Below are positions 29,034 to 38,801 of a DNA stretch of 50,158 nt, piece after piece. The notes beneath the pieces are model-generated. The model was given only the letters and a program-made list of their open reading frames with translations, did not search any database and was not told the DNA's origin. Origin of the DNA: Methanosarcinales archaeon (GTDB lineage: Archaea > Halobacteriota > Syntropharchaeia > Alkanophagales > Methanospirareceae); the NCBI GenBank assembly GCA_030611045.1, contig JAUWQN010000003.1, positions 1-50,158 of the forward strand. The letters run 5' to 3'. Both the position numbers and the translations under genes were made by a program. The stretch's first letter is position 1. Every line of letters starts with the position of its first letter.

Positions 29034-29756
29034 ATGAGAAAAATAGTGAATAAGCCGCAGGTGAAGCCGTTTGTGTTTTATGGACTGTTACTTATACCAA
29101 CCGTTTTTTTGTGCTATGACGAGAACTTTGGGAAGAGTTCAGTCTTCTTCATTGTTCTACTTGCGATACTCCTGGCAAGCCTAATAGAGATACCAATATA
29201 CACGGTGCGAACCAAAAAGCCGGAGTATAGCGCGAGAGAAGCACGGGCTATCGGTGAAATTTACGGCGTGCCAATAATAGATGAGATGCAGGCCGATGCT
29301 GAAAAGAGATATAAGACCCGCGTAACGCTGAATATGGGTGGTTTTGTTATACCGCTGTTCTTCTCTCTCTATCTGCTGCTCTTTTTTAATCCGATGGAAA
29401 ACTATCCGCTACCGCTGCTGGAAATAACATTGGCTACCTTGCTCATGACGCTCATTTCCTATATGCTTGCGGAGGTGAAAGGCGGTGTAGGCATAATAGT
29501 TCCGAACTATGTAGGCCTCTTTGCGATTCCTCTTGGACTGATACTTTCGCCGTCAGAACTGCCACTTGCGATAATAGCAGAGGTATTGATATTTGTACCA
29601 GCGATCTTTGGCATACTGTTGGGGATGCTGATAATAGTGCTAACACTGCCCAAAGACGAAGTGGGAAGTGCGTTCTTTAATATCAGTGGCATTGGCAGTT
29701 TTTATACAGTATACCTTATCTCCTTCCTGGCATTAGTGATAGGATGTATAGCATAA
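29034..29756 (+). CDS. DUF1614-like membrane protein
   Basis: SLIEIP, LNMGGFVIP and GVGI.VP motifs; several TM segments. Confidence 0.7.
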   Translation: MRKIVNKPQVKPFVFYGLLLIPTVFLCYDENFGKSSVFFIVLLAILLASLIEIPIYTVRTKKPEYSAREARAIGEIYGVPIIDEMQADAEKRYKTRVTLNMGGFVIPLFFSLYLLLFFNPMENYPLPLLEITLATLLMTLISYMLAEVKGGVGIIVPNYVGLFAIPLGLILSPSELPLAIIAEVLIFVPAIFGILLGMLIIVLTLPKDEVGSAFFNISGIGSFYTVYLISFLALVIGCIA

Positions 29757-29823
29757 GGAGGGACGGAACATGCTCATTTCGAATTTAGAGTTTAGGATTT
29801 ATAAACAAAGGGGGTGAGTTTGT

Positions 29824-30732
29824 ATGCGCATAACGATACTCGGTGGTGCCGGAGGAATGGGGGAATGGTTTGCCCGTTTTTTCAAAGAGAACAACTGTGA
29901 CGTGAGAATAGTAGATATAAGCGATAAGACAGAGGCGGTGGCAAAGCAACTGGACGTACAATTTTCAACTATCAATGTCTTAAAGGCGGAGGTAGGAGCG
30001 CTAAAGGAAGAGTTTGCTGATACAGACATAGTGCTCGTCTCGATGCCTATAGATGTAACAGGACGCGTGATAGAGCGTGTGGGGCCTGAACTGCATGAAA
30101 TGTCGCTACTGATGGATGTGACATCGGTGAAAAAAGCGCCGGTAGAGATGATGGAGAAATGCACAAGCGTGGGTGTGGAAATTCTGGGTACGCACCCTTT
30201 ATTCGGACCTTCCGCGAAGAGTTTGCAGGGTCTGCCGGTCATATTCGTGCCAATACGAAAAGGGCCACTCTACGAAAGTGTATATGGCATATTTGAGCGA
30301 AACGGAGCGAAAATTGAATTTTTAACTGCCGCAGAGCATGACGAGATAATGGCTGTAATCCAGGGACTGCCACATTTTATCCTCTTCTCCTATGGCATCA
30401 CGTTAAAAAATCTTGATTTTGATGTTGAACGGGCAAGAAGATTCATGGGCCCGATGTACGCGGTGGTCATGGATTTTGTGGGTCGGCTGTTACATCAAGA
30501 CCCAGACCTCTACACACAGATACAGACGAATTTTGAGATGAGCACGATACACGATGCTTTTTTAGCGGCTGCCACGAGGTTATCTGAGTTGGTATCCGAG
30601 GGAAACGTGGATGCAATTATGGAGGAGCTGCAGATGGCGAAGCGGCATTTTGGGGATACTGAGGGCGCGATGAGAAATTCAGATAGGATAATAGAGGAGA
30701 AGATAAACCTCTCTTTAAAGAGGAAAGTTTAA
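29824..30732 (+). CDS. tyrA: Prephenate dehydrogenase
   Basis: ILGGAGGMG, DVTSVK, THPLFGP and EHDEIMAVIQGLPH. Confidence 0.93.
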   Translation: MRITILGGAGGMGEWFARFFKENNCDVRIVDISDKTEAVAKQLDVQFSTINVLKAEVGALKEEFADTDIVLVSMPIDVTGRVIERVGPELHEMSLLMDVTSVKKAPVEMMEKCTSVGVEILGTHPLFGPSAKSLQGLPVIFVPIRKGPLYESVYGIFERNGAKIEFLTAAEHDEIMAVIQGLPHFILFSYGITLKNLDFDVERARRFMGPMYAVVMDFVGRLLHQDPDLYTQIQTNFEMSTIHDAFLAAATRLSELVSEGNVDAIMEELQMAKRHFGDTEGAMRNSDRIIEEKINLSLKRKV

Positions 30733-30865
30733 CCAACGCTTTTTCTTTTTAGAAAAATCAATCCGCATATACAGAAACCGGTAAAAAACCGGAACATTTA
30801 AATACTGTTCTTTCACATATTTCATAATATGGCGAAAGTTCAGAAGATTATGAAAAAAATAAAAG

Positions 30866-31360
30866 GTGGAAGAGATGACGGGATCTCCTAAAGATGAATT
30901 TATAGTCCTTATGACTGAAAACAGCAAAGTTAACGGTCTTGATGAGCTATCGTCAAGGATTATCGGTATCCTGTTTATAGAACCAAAAGAAATTGCTCTC
31001 GACGAACTGGCAAAAAGAACAGGATATAGTCTATCCGCAGTAAGCACCGCGATGAAACTTATAGAAAGAGCAGGGATAGTTAAAAGATCAAAGAAACCCA
31101 AATCGAGAAAAGTATATTATTACATGGAAAAGGACATGCTCGCTATGTGGATACAACTCATGAGGAGAAAACACGAAAATATCATATTGCCCTCAAAACA
31201 AAAACTACCAAAAATAATTGAAAAGTATAAACTGGAAAAATCAGAAAACTCAGAAGAGGAGTTAAGGATTGTGGAAAATTATTACAAGCAGGTATTATAT
31301 TCCGAACAATTCATAAAGGACTCAATTAAGACGCTTGAACAGTATGAGGTGAATAAATGA
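30866..31360 (+). CDS. GbsR/MarR-family transcriptional regulator
   Basis: LDELAKRTGYSLSAVS wHTH and P.SRKVYY; leads the ABC operon. Confidence 0.85.
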   Translation: MEEMTGSPKDEFIVLMTENSKVNGLDELSSRIIGILFIEPKEIALDELAKRTGYSLSAVSTAMKLIERAGIVKRSKKPKSRKVYYYMEKDMLAMWIQLMRRKHENIILPSKQKLPKIIEKYKLEKSENSEEELRIVENYYKQVLYSEQFIKDSIKTLEQYEVNK

Positions 31361-32649
31361 AGGAAGAAGAGAAAAAAATCGGATGTTTTATGACAGCGCT
31401 TTTTGCTGTGGTTTTTTTATTGCTCCTTATGGCAGCCACAGCGTCAGCTGCCGAGGGTCCTGCGGTCATGATTACCAATTGCACCGTGGAGCCCGAAGTC
31501 CTGATGCCCGGCGACACAGGTACGATTACGCTAACCATAAAAAATATGGACACCAAATCATTAGAGACTGTGACAACGACTACTACGACTACGACTCAGA
31601 CAGCCACTACTGAGACAACATCAACGATAAGTGCAGAGATAGAGACGATACGGCTGAGTAGCAGAAGCAAAGACATAGAATGGCTGAAAGAAGGTACGCA
31701 ACGCACTGAATACTTCAAAGTAGGTGCGTTAGGACCTGCGGAAAGCATAAAAATCTCGTTACCAATAAAAGTCGCCACCTATGCAAAAAGCCGTCCGTAT
31801 TTTCTCGAAGTGTACATAGAAGTGGATAATGGCGAAAATGTGCGTTTCCCTGTCCGTGTGGACGTGGACAGTAGTGAAGTGCAATTACTTGAGCAGGATA
31901 TACCTTCGGGGATTTCGCTCAGCGAGTCGAAGAAGATAGCGATCGTCGTGGCGAATAACAGACCAAATACCGTGAGCGGTGTGAACGTGTTCGTGAGGTC
32001 GAGCAATGATGATTTTGAATTCACGCCGGAGGGAATATTCATCGGCAATTTAGGGGCATATGAAAGCAAAACGGTAAGTTTCACGCTCACTCCTCTTTCC
32101 GAAGGAGATCATGACATCTATTTCGAAACGACTTATAAGAACGGTAATAATGTGCATCACAGCGAGCTTACATCGTCTGTCGAGGTAAAGAGCAGCTCAG
32201 ATGTGAAACTTATCCTGGTGAATGCGCCTGAATTTGTTCTTAAAAGTGACGTCGCGAGGATAGATTTCGACGTCGCTAACGGGATGGCAAAGAATATCAA
32301 AGCGGTATCCGTAGTGCCCGCGATAGAAGGGCTCAAAATACTGCCTTCAGAATATTTTATCGGGGACATGGAAGCCGGCGATGTCTTTTCCGCTTCGTTT
32401 GATGTTCATACGAGTGATTTGAGCGTAGGTGAAACCGCAATACCCTTTAAAGTGCTGTTCAAAGATGTTGACACGGACAAGCAATACGAAACGCAAGGTT
32501 ACGAGGTGCATGTAGAGGTACGGGAACCGCAGAAGAGTGAATTACCGAATCAGATGCTATTTGGTGCGCTGCTGGTCATTCTCGTCCTTGTCGTTCTGGC
32601 TGTCTGGATACGAGTAAAGCGAAAGCGAGGGCGACAAGAGAGGGAATAG
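31357..32649 (+). CDS. COG1361 S-layer-domain protein with signal peptide and C-terminal TM anchor
   Basis: PEVLMPGDTGTITLTIKN, repeated Ig-like units, Thr-rich linker, and a TM followed by a basic tail. Confidence 0.85.
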   Translation: MKEEEKKIGCFMTALFAVVFLLLLMAATASAAEGPAVMITNCTVEPEVLMPGDTGTITLTIKNMDTKSLETVTTTTTTTTQTATTETTSTISAEIETIRLSSRSKDIEWLKEGTQRTEYFKVGALGPAESIKISLPIKVATYAKSRPYFLEVYIEVDNGENVRFPVRVDVDSSEVQLLEQDIPSGISLSESKKIAIVVANNRPNTVSGVNVFVRSSNDDFEFTPEGIFIGNLGAYESKTVSFTLTPLSEGDHDIYFETTYKNGNNVHHSELTSSVEVKSSSDVKLILVNAPEFVLKSDVARIDFDVANGMAKNIKAVSVVPAIEGLKILPSEYFIGDMEAGDVFSASFDVHTSDLSVGETAIPFKVLFKDVDTDKQYETQGYEVHVEVREPQKSELPNQMLFGALLVILVLVVLAVWIRVKRKRGRQERE

Positions 32650-32687
32650 AGGGCGAAGACTACGACTACGTAAGAGCAATAAAATAA

Positions 32688-33350
32688 ATGATCCACACTG
32701 AAAATCTGACGAAAATTTATCGGATGGGCGATGCGGAAGTTTACGCACTGCGCGACGTGAACTTAGAGATAAAAGAAGGTGAGTTCATCGCGATAATCGG
32801 GTCATCGGGCTCGGGTAAGTCCACACTGCTCAATATGATTGGCTGTTTGGACACGCCCACAAGCGGTTCGGTCTTCATCGATAATGTAAATACTGCGTCG
32901 CTCAACGAGAACGAACTCGCAGAAATCCGCAGGGAGAAAATGGGCTTCATATTTCAGCAATTTAACCTCGTTCATACGTTAAATGCGGTAGAAAACGTCG
33001 CGCTACCCATGTTCTTCGCGGGTGTGAAACGAGAAACGAGGCTGAAAAGAGCGGAGGAGCTGCTTGTCAATGTCGGGCTTGGCGATCGGATATACCATAA
33101 ACCATCGGAACTGAGTGGCGGGCAGCAGCAGCGGGTGGCTATTGCACGCGCGCTTTCTAACGACCCGGAAATCGTCATCGGCGACGAGCCCACTGGAAAC
33201 GTGGATACAGATACGGGAAATGCAATAATGGACATCTTAGAAGGTTTGAATAAAGAGGGAAGGACAATCATTGTGGTAACGCACGATGCGGAGATTGCAG
33301 CCCACGCAGGTAGAACAAAGCGGATGCGGGACGGAAGGGTGCTTGATTGA
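32688..33350 (+). CDS. ABC transporter ATP-binding protein (LolD/MacB type)
   Basis: GSSGSGKST, LSGGQQQRVAIARAL and DEPTGN. Confidence 0.95.
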   Translation: MIHTENLTKIYRMGDAEVYALRDVNLEIKEGEFIAIIGSSGSGKSTLLNMIGCLDTPTSGSVFIDNVNTASLNENELAEIRREKMGFIFQQFNLVHTLNAVENVALPMFFAGVKRETRLKRAEELLVNVGLGDRIYHKPSELSGGQQQRVAIARALSNDPEIVIGDEPTGNVDTDTGNAIMDILEGLNKEGRTIIVVTHDAEIAAHAGRTKRMRDGRVLD

Positions 33351-33353
33351 GCA

Positions 33354-34544
33354 ATGCGAGATAAATTCCTCCTCGCGTACCGGAGCATAAAGGAGCGAAG
33401 AACCCGTTCGATACTCACCGTGCTGGGTATTGCGGTGGGCATAGCGGCTATCGTTTCTTTGATGAGCGTCGGCTATGGTATGGAAGAGGCGATAACCGGT
33501 GAATTGACGGGGATGGCAGATATGATTTCGGTGATGCCCGGCAAAATAGCAGGCCACGCCTATGTGGAACTGGGGAGTTTTACCGATAGAGACGTAAAAG
33601 ACGTGCAGCGGATAAGCGGTATCAAGGACATAACAGCAATGACGTACGATGCCGTAGAAGTGGAATATAGAAACGAACGAGCCCCCATTTTTATCCTTGG
33701 CGGTGATACCAAGGAGCTGGGGAGCTTCTATGTGGATCCAGTCGGGATCAAGGAAGGTAGATGGCTCAGGGAAAATGATTATAAGGGGTGCGTCATTGGA
33801 GACCGGGTAGCCAATGACTTCTTCGATGAAGTCATACACGTGAACGATAAGCTGGAGATAAATGGTGCGAAATTCGTTGTGGTCGGCGTTTTTGAAAAGG
33901 CAAGCACGATGTATGCCGCTGACGTTGATCCCCATATTTTTCTCACATTGCGTGCTTCACAGGAAGTTCTGCAAACCGATGAGGTAAAATACATCATGGT
34001 GAGGATCTATGACATCGAGGAAGCCGAAGAGATAGCAGAGGAGATCGAGGAAGCGATAAATGATAACCACGGACTCGATGATTTCGCCAACGCAATGACA
34101 ATGGGGAGCATGATAGAGCAGATTGGAGATGTTTTTAATATCATTCGCGGCGTCCTGGTGGGTATAGCGGCAATTGCACTCGTTGTCGCATCCATTGGCA
34201 TCATGAACACGATGTTGATGTCAGTGATGGAGCGGACGCATGAGATCGGTGTGATGAAGGCGATCGGCGCGAAGAGCAGTGATGTTCTCTCTCTTTTCCT
34301 ATTAGAATCGGGTATGGTGAGCCTGGTGGGCGGTGTGGTTGGCTGCGTAGTTGGCGTTATCGTGGCAAAAGTCATCAGTTTCGGTGCAAGCGCGGCATTG
34401 GGTATAGAAATGACTGCGGTGGTGAAACCCGAAGTGTTACTTGGTGGCATGGCAGTTGCGATGGTTGTGGGCGTTCTATCAGGGTTCTATCCAGCGCGGA
34501 AGGCGTCAAGAATGAGTCCGGTCGAAGCGGTGAGGTACGAATAA
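33354..34544 (+). CDS. ABC transporter permease (MacB/FtsX type), copy 1
   Basis: RSILTVLGIAVG, GIMNTMLMSVMERTHEIG and YPARKASRMSPVEAVRYE. Confidence 0.93.
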   Translation: MRDKFLLAYRSIKERRTRSILTVLGIAVGIAAIVSLMSVGYGMEEAITGELTGMADMISVMPGKIAGHAYVELGSFTDRDVKDVQRISGIKDITAMTYDAVEVEYRNERAPIFILGGDTKELGSFYVDPVGIKEGRWLRENDYKGCVIGDRVANDFFDEVIHVNDKLEINGAKFVVVGVFEKASTMYAADVDPHIFLTLRASQEVLQTDEVKYIMVRIYDIEEAEEIAEEIEEAINDNHGLDDFANAMTMGSMIEQIGDVFNIIRGVLVGIAAIALVVASIGIMNTMLMSVMERTHEIGVMKAIGAKSSDVLSLFLLESGMVSLVGGVVGCVVGVIVAKVISFGASAALGIEMTAVVKPEVLLGGMAVAMVVGVLSGFYPARKASRMSPVEAVRYE

Positions 34545-35758
34545 TGAGGGATTCATTTTCGCTGACATATCGGAATATAAAAGAGCGAAAAGCTCGTGCT
34601 GCACTTACGATACTGGGCATTACGGTGGGCATAGCTGCGGTAATCGCCTTGATGTCCATTGGCTACGGCATGCAGGAGTCAATCACGGCAGAACTCGTTG
34701 AGATGGCAGATGTCATCGTGGTAATGCCAATGAGGATGGAATTAGGCAGCATTGGCACATTTGGCAGCTTTACCGACCGCGATCTGGACGCGGTGAAACG
34801 AATCGGAGGCGTAAAACACGCTGTAGCAATGATAGGCGAGATGGAAGAAGTGGAATACCGCGGTGAAAAGTTCATGGTGCAGATCGTTGGTATTGAACCG
34901 CGAGATATGGATGCGGTATTTGGCGAGACGGTGAAGCTGGAAGAGGACGGTGGCGCAGGGACAGAAGCATCAGGAAGAGCCTTACGAGATAATGATCACA
35001 AGGCATGTGAGATTGGGTACAGCATTGCCCATGATTATTTTAGTAATGAGGTTGGTGTTAATGACCGGCTCACGATAAATGGTACTAAATTCAGGGTTGT
35101 CGGGATAATTGGAAAGCAGGGGGGATTCAGGTCTGAGGTGGATTCGCAGATATACATCACAACACGAGATTCGGTGAGTGTTCTTGATAACGAGGATATT
35201 TCAACCATCTTCGTGCGTGTGCGGAATATAGAGAATGCGGAAGAGATAGCAGCAGAAATAGAGGAGCGGATAGATGACAATCACAAGCTGGATGATTTTA
35301 CGTCTGCAATGACAATGGGAAGCGCGATAGAGCAGATGGAGTCCATTTTCGGGATATTACAAGCTGTTTTAATCGCAATCTCGTCTATATCGCTTATCGT
35401 TGCTGCTATGGGGATAATGAACACGATATTGATGTCTGTGATGGAGCGTACGCATGAGATCGGAGTGATGAAAGCGATCGGCGCGAAGAACAGGAATATT
35501 CTCTCTCTGTTCTTACTCGAAGCGGGCGTGATAAGCGTAATCGGAGGCGTTTGTGGCTGTATCGCCGGCGTTATTGGCGCTCACGCTATAACTTTCGGAA
35601 TACAGGCTGCATTTGACGTTGAGATTGCAGCGATTGTAAAGCCGGAAGTTTTGCTTGGCGGCATAGCGGTTGCACTTGTTGTAGGGATGCTCTCTGGGTT
35701 GTATCCAGCGAGGAAGGCGTCGAAGATGAGTCCGGTCGAAGCGGTAAGGTATGAATGA
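34544..35758 (+). CDS. ABC transporter permease (MacB/FtsX type), copy 2
   Basis: Same motifs as the upstream paralogue; TAATG stop/start overlap. Confidence 0.93.
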   Translation: MRDSFSLTYRNIKERKARAALTILGITVGIAAVIALMSIGYGMQESITAELVEMADVIVVMPMRMELGSIGTFGSFTDRDLDAVKRIGGVKHAVAMIGEMEEVEYRGEKFMVQIVGIEPRDMDAVFGETVKLEEDGGAGTEASGRALRDNDHKACEIGYSIAHDYFSNEVGVNDRLTINGTKFRVVGIIGKQGGFRSEVDSQIYITTRDSVSVLDNEDISTIFVRVRNIENAEEIAAEIEERIDDNHKLDDFTSAMTMGSAIEQMESIFGILQAVLIAISSISLIVAAMGIMNTILMSVMERTHEIGVMKAIGAKNRNILSLFLLEAGVISVIGGVCGCIAGVIGAHAITFGIQAAFDVEIAAIVKPEVLLGGIAVALVVGMLSGLYPARKASKMSPVEAVRYE

Positions 35759-35956
35759 ATAACCGGAATTGTAGTTGATAGCTGCCAAGTTTCAAGATGC
35801 AAGATCCAAGACTGTGGTTTATGAACCGCAGCTCTCATACCGTCGGATAGATAAAGCTATCAAAAATGCTTTCTCCGCCTGCATCATGTATCGTGCATCT
35901 TCATCATTAGCTATACAATTACCACGAATTATAACGGCAGGTCGAACAACAACAAG

Positions 35957-35983
35957 AAAAAAAAAGAAAAAAAAAGAAAAAAA
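35957..35983 (-). terminator. U-rich archaeal terminator after mtd
   Basis: A9-G-A9-G-A7 on plus gives long oligo-T tracts on minus, 14 bp after the mtd stop. Confidence 0.6.
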
Positions 35984-35996
35984 TGGAGAAATTAAG

Positions 35997-36830
35997 CTAA
36001 GCGCTCGGCTTCTCCATTAACTTCGTCTTCTTCAGTATTTCACCCTTTCTGGAGTGTGGCATACGGACTAAGCTGTCAGTATACTTCTCGATCTCCCGTG
36101 CCTCTTTGGCGAGCTTTGATGCCTCTCCGAGAAGCTCATGTGCCGCTGCAACAATGGGTACGTACGCTTCGGGGTCTTTCATCATGAAACAGCCTTTTAC
36201 GTCCAGTTCCGCCACTTTCTCCGACATACTGTAGGCTGCAATGGCTTTCGCTTTCGCGTACGGGTTCGAGAATCCTGCGGCTGCAACGGCTTTCTCTGCA
36301 GTTGCTATTATCTGCGGTAATTTCACCTCGCCACCTGCCCGGATCTCGTTGATCACACGGTCAATCTCATCGGCCACCAGCTTCACCACACCGGTTGCCG
36401 ACAGCACGGACATGACATCAACGTTGAAGATGCTCATCTCGACGGGGTCTAAGAACTCTCGCCGCGCTCCGATCATTGGGTCGCCAGGTATAATAATGTA
36501 GCCAAAGCCACCTTCCTTTAACTTGTCTTTCGCTTTCATCGCCGGTGCGTCCGAGACCACAATGCACGGTATGCCCTTCTCCTTCGCCATCTCGCGCGCC
36601 TTCGTAGGTCCTGGAAGAGCCGCATTCGGACTGAGCACCAATACCAGATCAGGCCCCCAGTCCAGTAAGCAAGCGGCGTCTATTGCAGCTTCCGGCGTCA
36701 TCTTCGCGCCCGTCCCAAATACTCGAACGTCTATGTCCTCTCTGTCAGCTCGCTCGTCCAGCAGCAAATCTGCTATTCGTGATATCCCGATATTCCCTAA
36801 TTTTACAAATCCAATCTTTACTATGTCCAT
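35997..36830 (-). CDS. mtd: F420-dependent methylene-H4MPT dehydrogenase
   Basis: KLGNIG, LLDERADREDI, SPN...PGP, DPMIGARREFLDPVEM and FSNPYAKAKA. Confidence 0.97.
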   Translation of the reverse strand: MDIVKIGFVKLGNIGISRIADLLLDERADREDIDVRVFGTGAKMTPEAAIDAACLLDWGPDLVLVLSPNAALPGPTKAREMAKEKGIPCIVVSDAPAMKAKDKLKEGGFGYIIIPGDPMIGARREFLDPVEMSIFNVDVMSVLSATGVVKLVADEIDRVINEIRAGGEVKLPQIIATAEKAVAAAGFSNPYAKAKAIAAYSMSEKVAELDVKGCFMMKDPEAYVPIVAAAHELLGEASKLAKEAREIEKYTDSLVRMPHSRKGEILKKTKLMEKPSA

Positions 36831-36972
36831 CTAAGATCACACTTTATGGTTAGGTGGCCACCAGATATAAAACTTATGGTTTTTAATCACACTTTTCTTC
36901 TGCGAGAAGCAAGAAAAAATCCGAAATAATTAAAATGTTAGACTGTCTGTATAGAACTTAGGAGCAGATATC

Positions 36973-38769
36973 ATGACGCCAAGATGGCAAGAATGTTGGG
37001 ACGCAGCACCTGAACTCTACGCACTCTTAATGGAGAGTGAGACGTTAGAAAGCGGCCGTGAAAAACTTATAAGCTATATTGACGTTTTAGAGTGGACCTA
37101 CCGGCGTGATATTGATACCATCGAGTCGTGGGATTATATTCTACTCAAAGAAGCTGTTCGCTGTCTGAAGAATATTATTTCTCCGCGCAATGAGCGTTTA
37201 GCCGGAACTTCCGCGTTAGAACATCTCTGGACCGCCGCAGTAACGGGAGATGCAGAGGTAACTGATGATTTTGTTGATGAATTTGTGCATTTATTTAAAG
37301 CGGTAAAAGGGCAATCGGATGTTTACCCATCGCGATTAATAGGGGGCATCGAATTTCCAGATTTTGAGAAGTATAATGGGCGAGAAGCAGCTTTAAAGCG
37401 GTCTGATTATCTTGATCAGATGGGACAGCGAATGAACAATTATCTTATGCGATATCCGAGTGGTCTCAAGCCTGAGATCGTAAAGAAGCGCAGTGAGAAC
37501 AAAAAAAGGATTTTAGAAGTACTTGATGCCACGGAAGCAGATTGGGAAGACTGGAACTGGCAGTTCAACCATGTTTTCAAGGATAAAGATGGCTTTGAAA
37601 CGATTAAAAAAATAATAAAGTTAAATCCTAAACAGGAAGCAGCGATTTACCTCGCTATAGAGAATAACGTTCCTTTTGGTGTGACCCCGCACTACCTTCA
37701 TCTCATGGATCCTGAGCCGAGCGATTATGACTATGCAGTACGGAGACAGGTATTTCCGCCATTAAGTTATGTTGAGAATATGATTGCGCATAAACAGGAT
37801 AAAGAATTGGCGTTTGACTTCATGCGTGAACAGGACACCTCTCCTATAGAGCTCGTTACCCGTCGCTATCCCACCGTTGCGATAATCAAACCGTACGATT
37901 CATGTCCTCAGATCTGTGTTTACTGTCAACGAAACTGGGAACTCACTTCTCCATTAATGGATCACGCTTTAGCGCCAAAAGAACGCATTGATAAGGCTAT
38001 AGAGTGGTTCGCGGAACACGAGCAAATGATGGATGTCCTGATAACGGGTGGCGACCCCCTGGCAATGGATGATGACTTAATTGAGTATATCGTGAAACGT
38101 CTGTCGGAAATACCGCACTTGCACAACATACGAATAGCTACCCGATTACCCATTACAGTACCTCAGCGGATTACCAAGGAGCTTTGCGAGATCTTTGCAA
38201 GCTATTATGAAGTGGGCAAACAAACACTATATATGGTCACGCATTTCGAACATCCTTATGAAGTCACTCCTGAGACTACTGAAGCGATTAGGCGCGTTAA
38301 AATGCTTGGAATGGATGTTTATAACCAGCAGGTGTTTACGTTTGCGAATAGTAGACGATTCGAGACTGCGGCTTTACGAATTGCGCTGAAGCAGATCGGT
38401 GTTAATCCTTATTACACCTTCAATATGAAGGGCAAATCCGAGATTGAAGATTACGCGGTACCAATAGCGCGACTTTTGCAAGAGCGGAAAGAAGAGGCGC
38501 GATTGTTGCCCGGTATCTTTCGAACTGACGAACCGGTATTTAATGTGCCATTCCTCGGTAAAAATCATCTAAGAGCCTGGCAGGACCATGAACTTGTCGC
38601 CATACAACCTGATGGGAGACGAGTGTATTCATTCCATCCGTGGGAGAAGAACATAGCGAAAGTTAAACCCTATCTTTATACTGAGGTTACGATACGGAGC
38701 TATCTTGAGAAATTAAAGGAACGGGGCGAAGATCCAGAGGATTACAGGAGTATCTGGTATTATTATTAA
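36973..38769 (+). CDS. KamA-family radical SAM aminomutase-like protein with long N-terminal extension
   Basis: DW.WQ, TPHY, RRYP, CPQICVYCQR, VLITGGDPL, RIATRLP..PQRI and THFEHPYE. Confidence 0.88.
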   Translation: MTPRWQECWDAAPELYALLMESETLESGREKLISYIDVLEWTYRRDIDTIESWDYILLKEAVRCLKNIISPRNERLAGTSALEHLWTAAVTGDAEVTDDFVDEFVHLFKAVKGQSDVYPSRLIGGIEFPDFEKYNGREAALKRSDYLDQMGQRMNNYLMRYPSGLKPEIVKKRSENKKRILEVLDATEADWEDWNWQFNHVFKDKDGFETIKKIIKLNPKQEAAIYLAIENNVPFGVTPHYLHLMDPEPSDYDYAVRRQVFPPLSYVENMIAHKQDKELAFDFMREQDTSPIELVTRRYPTVAIIKPYDSCPQICVYCQRNWELTSPLMDHALAPKERIDKAIEWFAEHEQMMDVLITGGDPLAMDDDLIEYIVKRLSEIPHLHNIRIATRLPITVPQRITKELCEIFASYYEVGKQTLYMVTHFEHPYEVTPETTEAIRRVKMLGMDVYNQQVFTFANSRRFETAALRIALKQIGVNPYYTFNMKGKSEIEDYAVPIARLLQERKEEARLLPGIFRTDEPVFNVPFLGKNHLRAWQDHELVAIQPDGRRVYSFHPWEKNIAKVKPYLYTEVTIRSYLEKLKERGEDPEDYRSIWYYY

Positions 38770-38801
38770 TATTTATAAGATCATTTTCGCCTATTAGAAT
38801 C

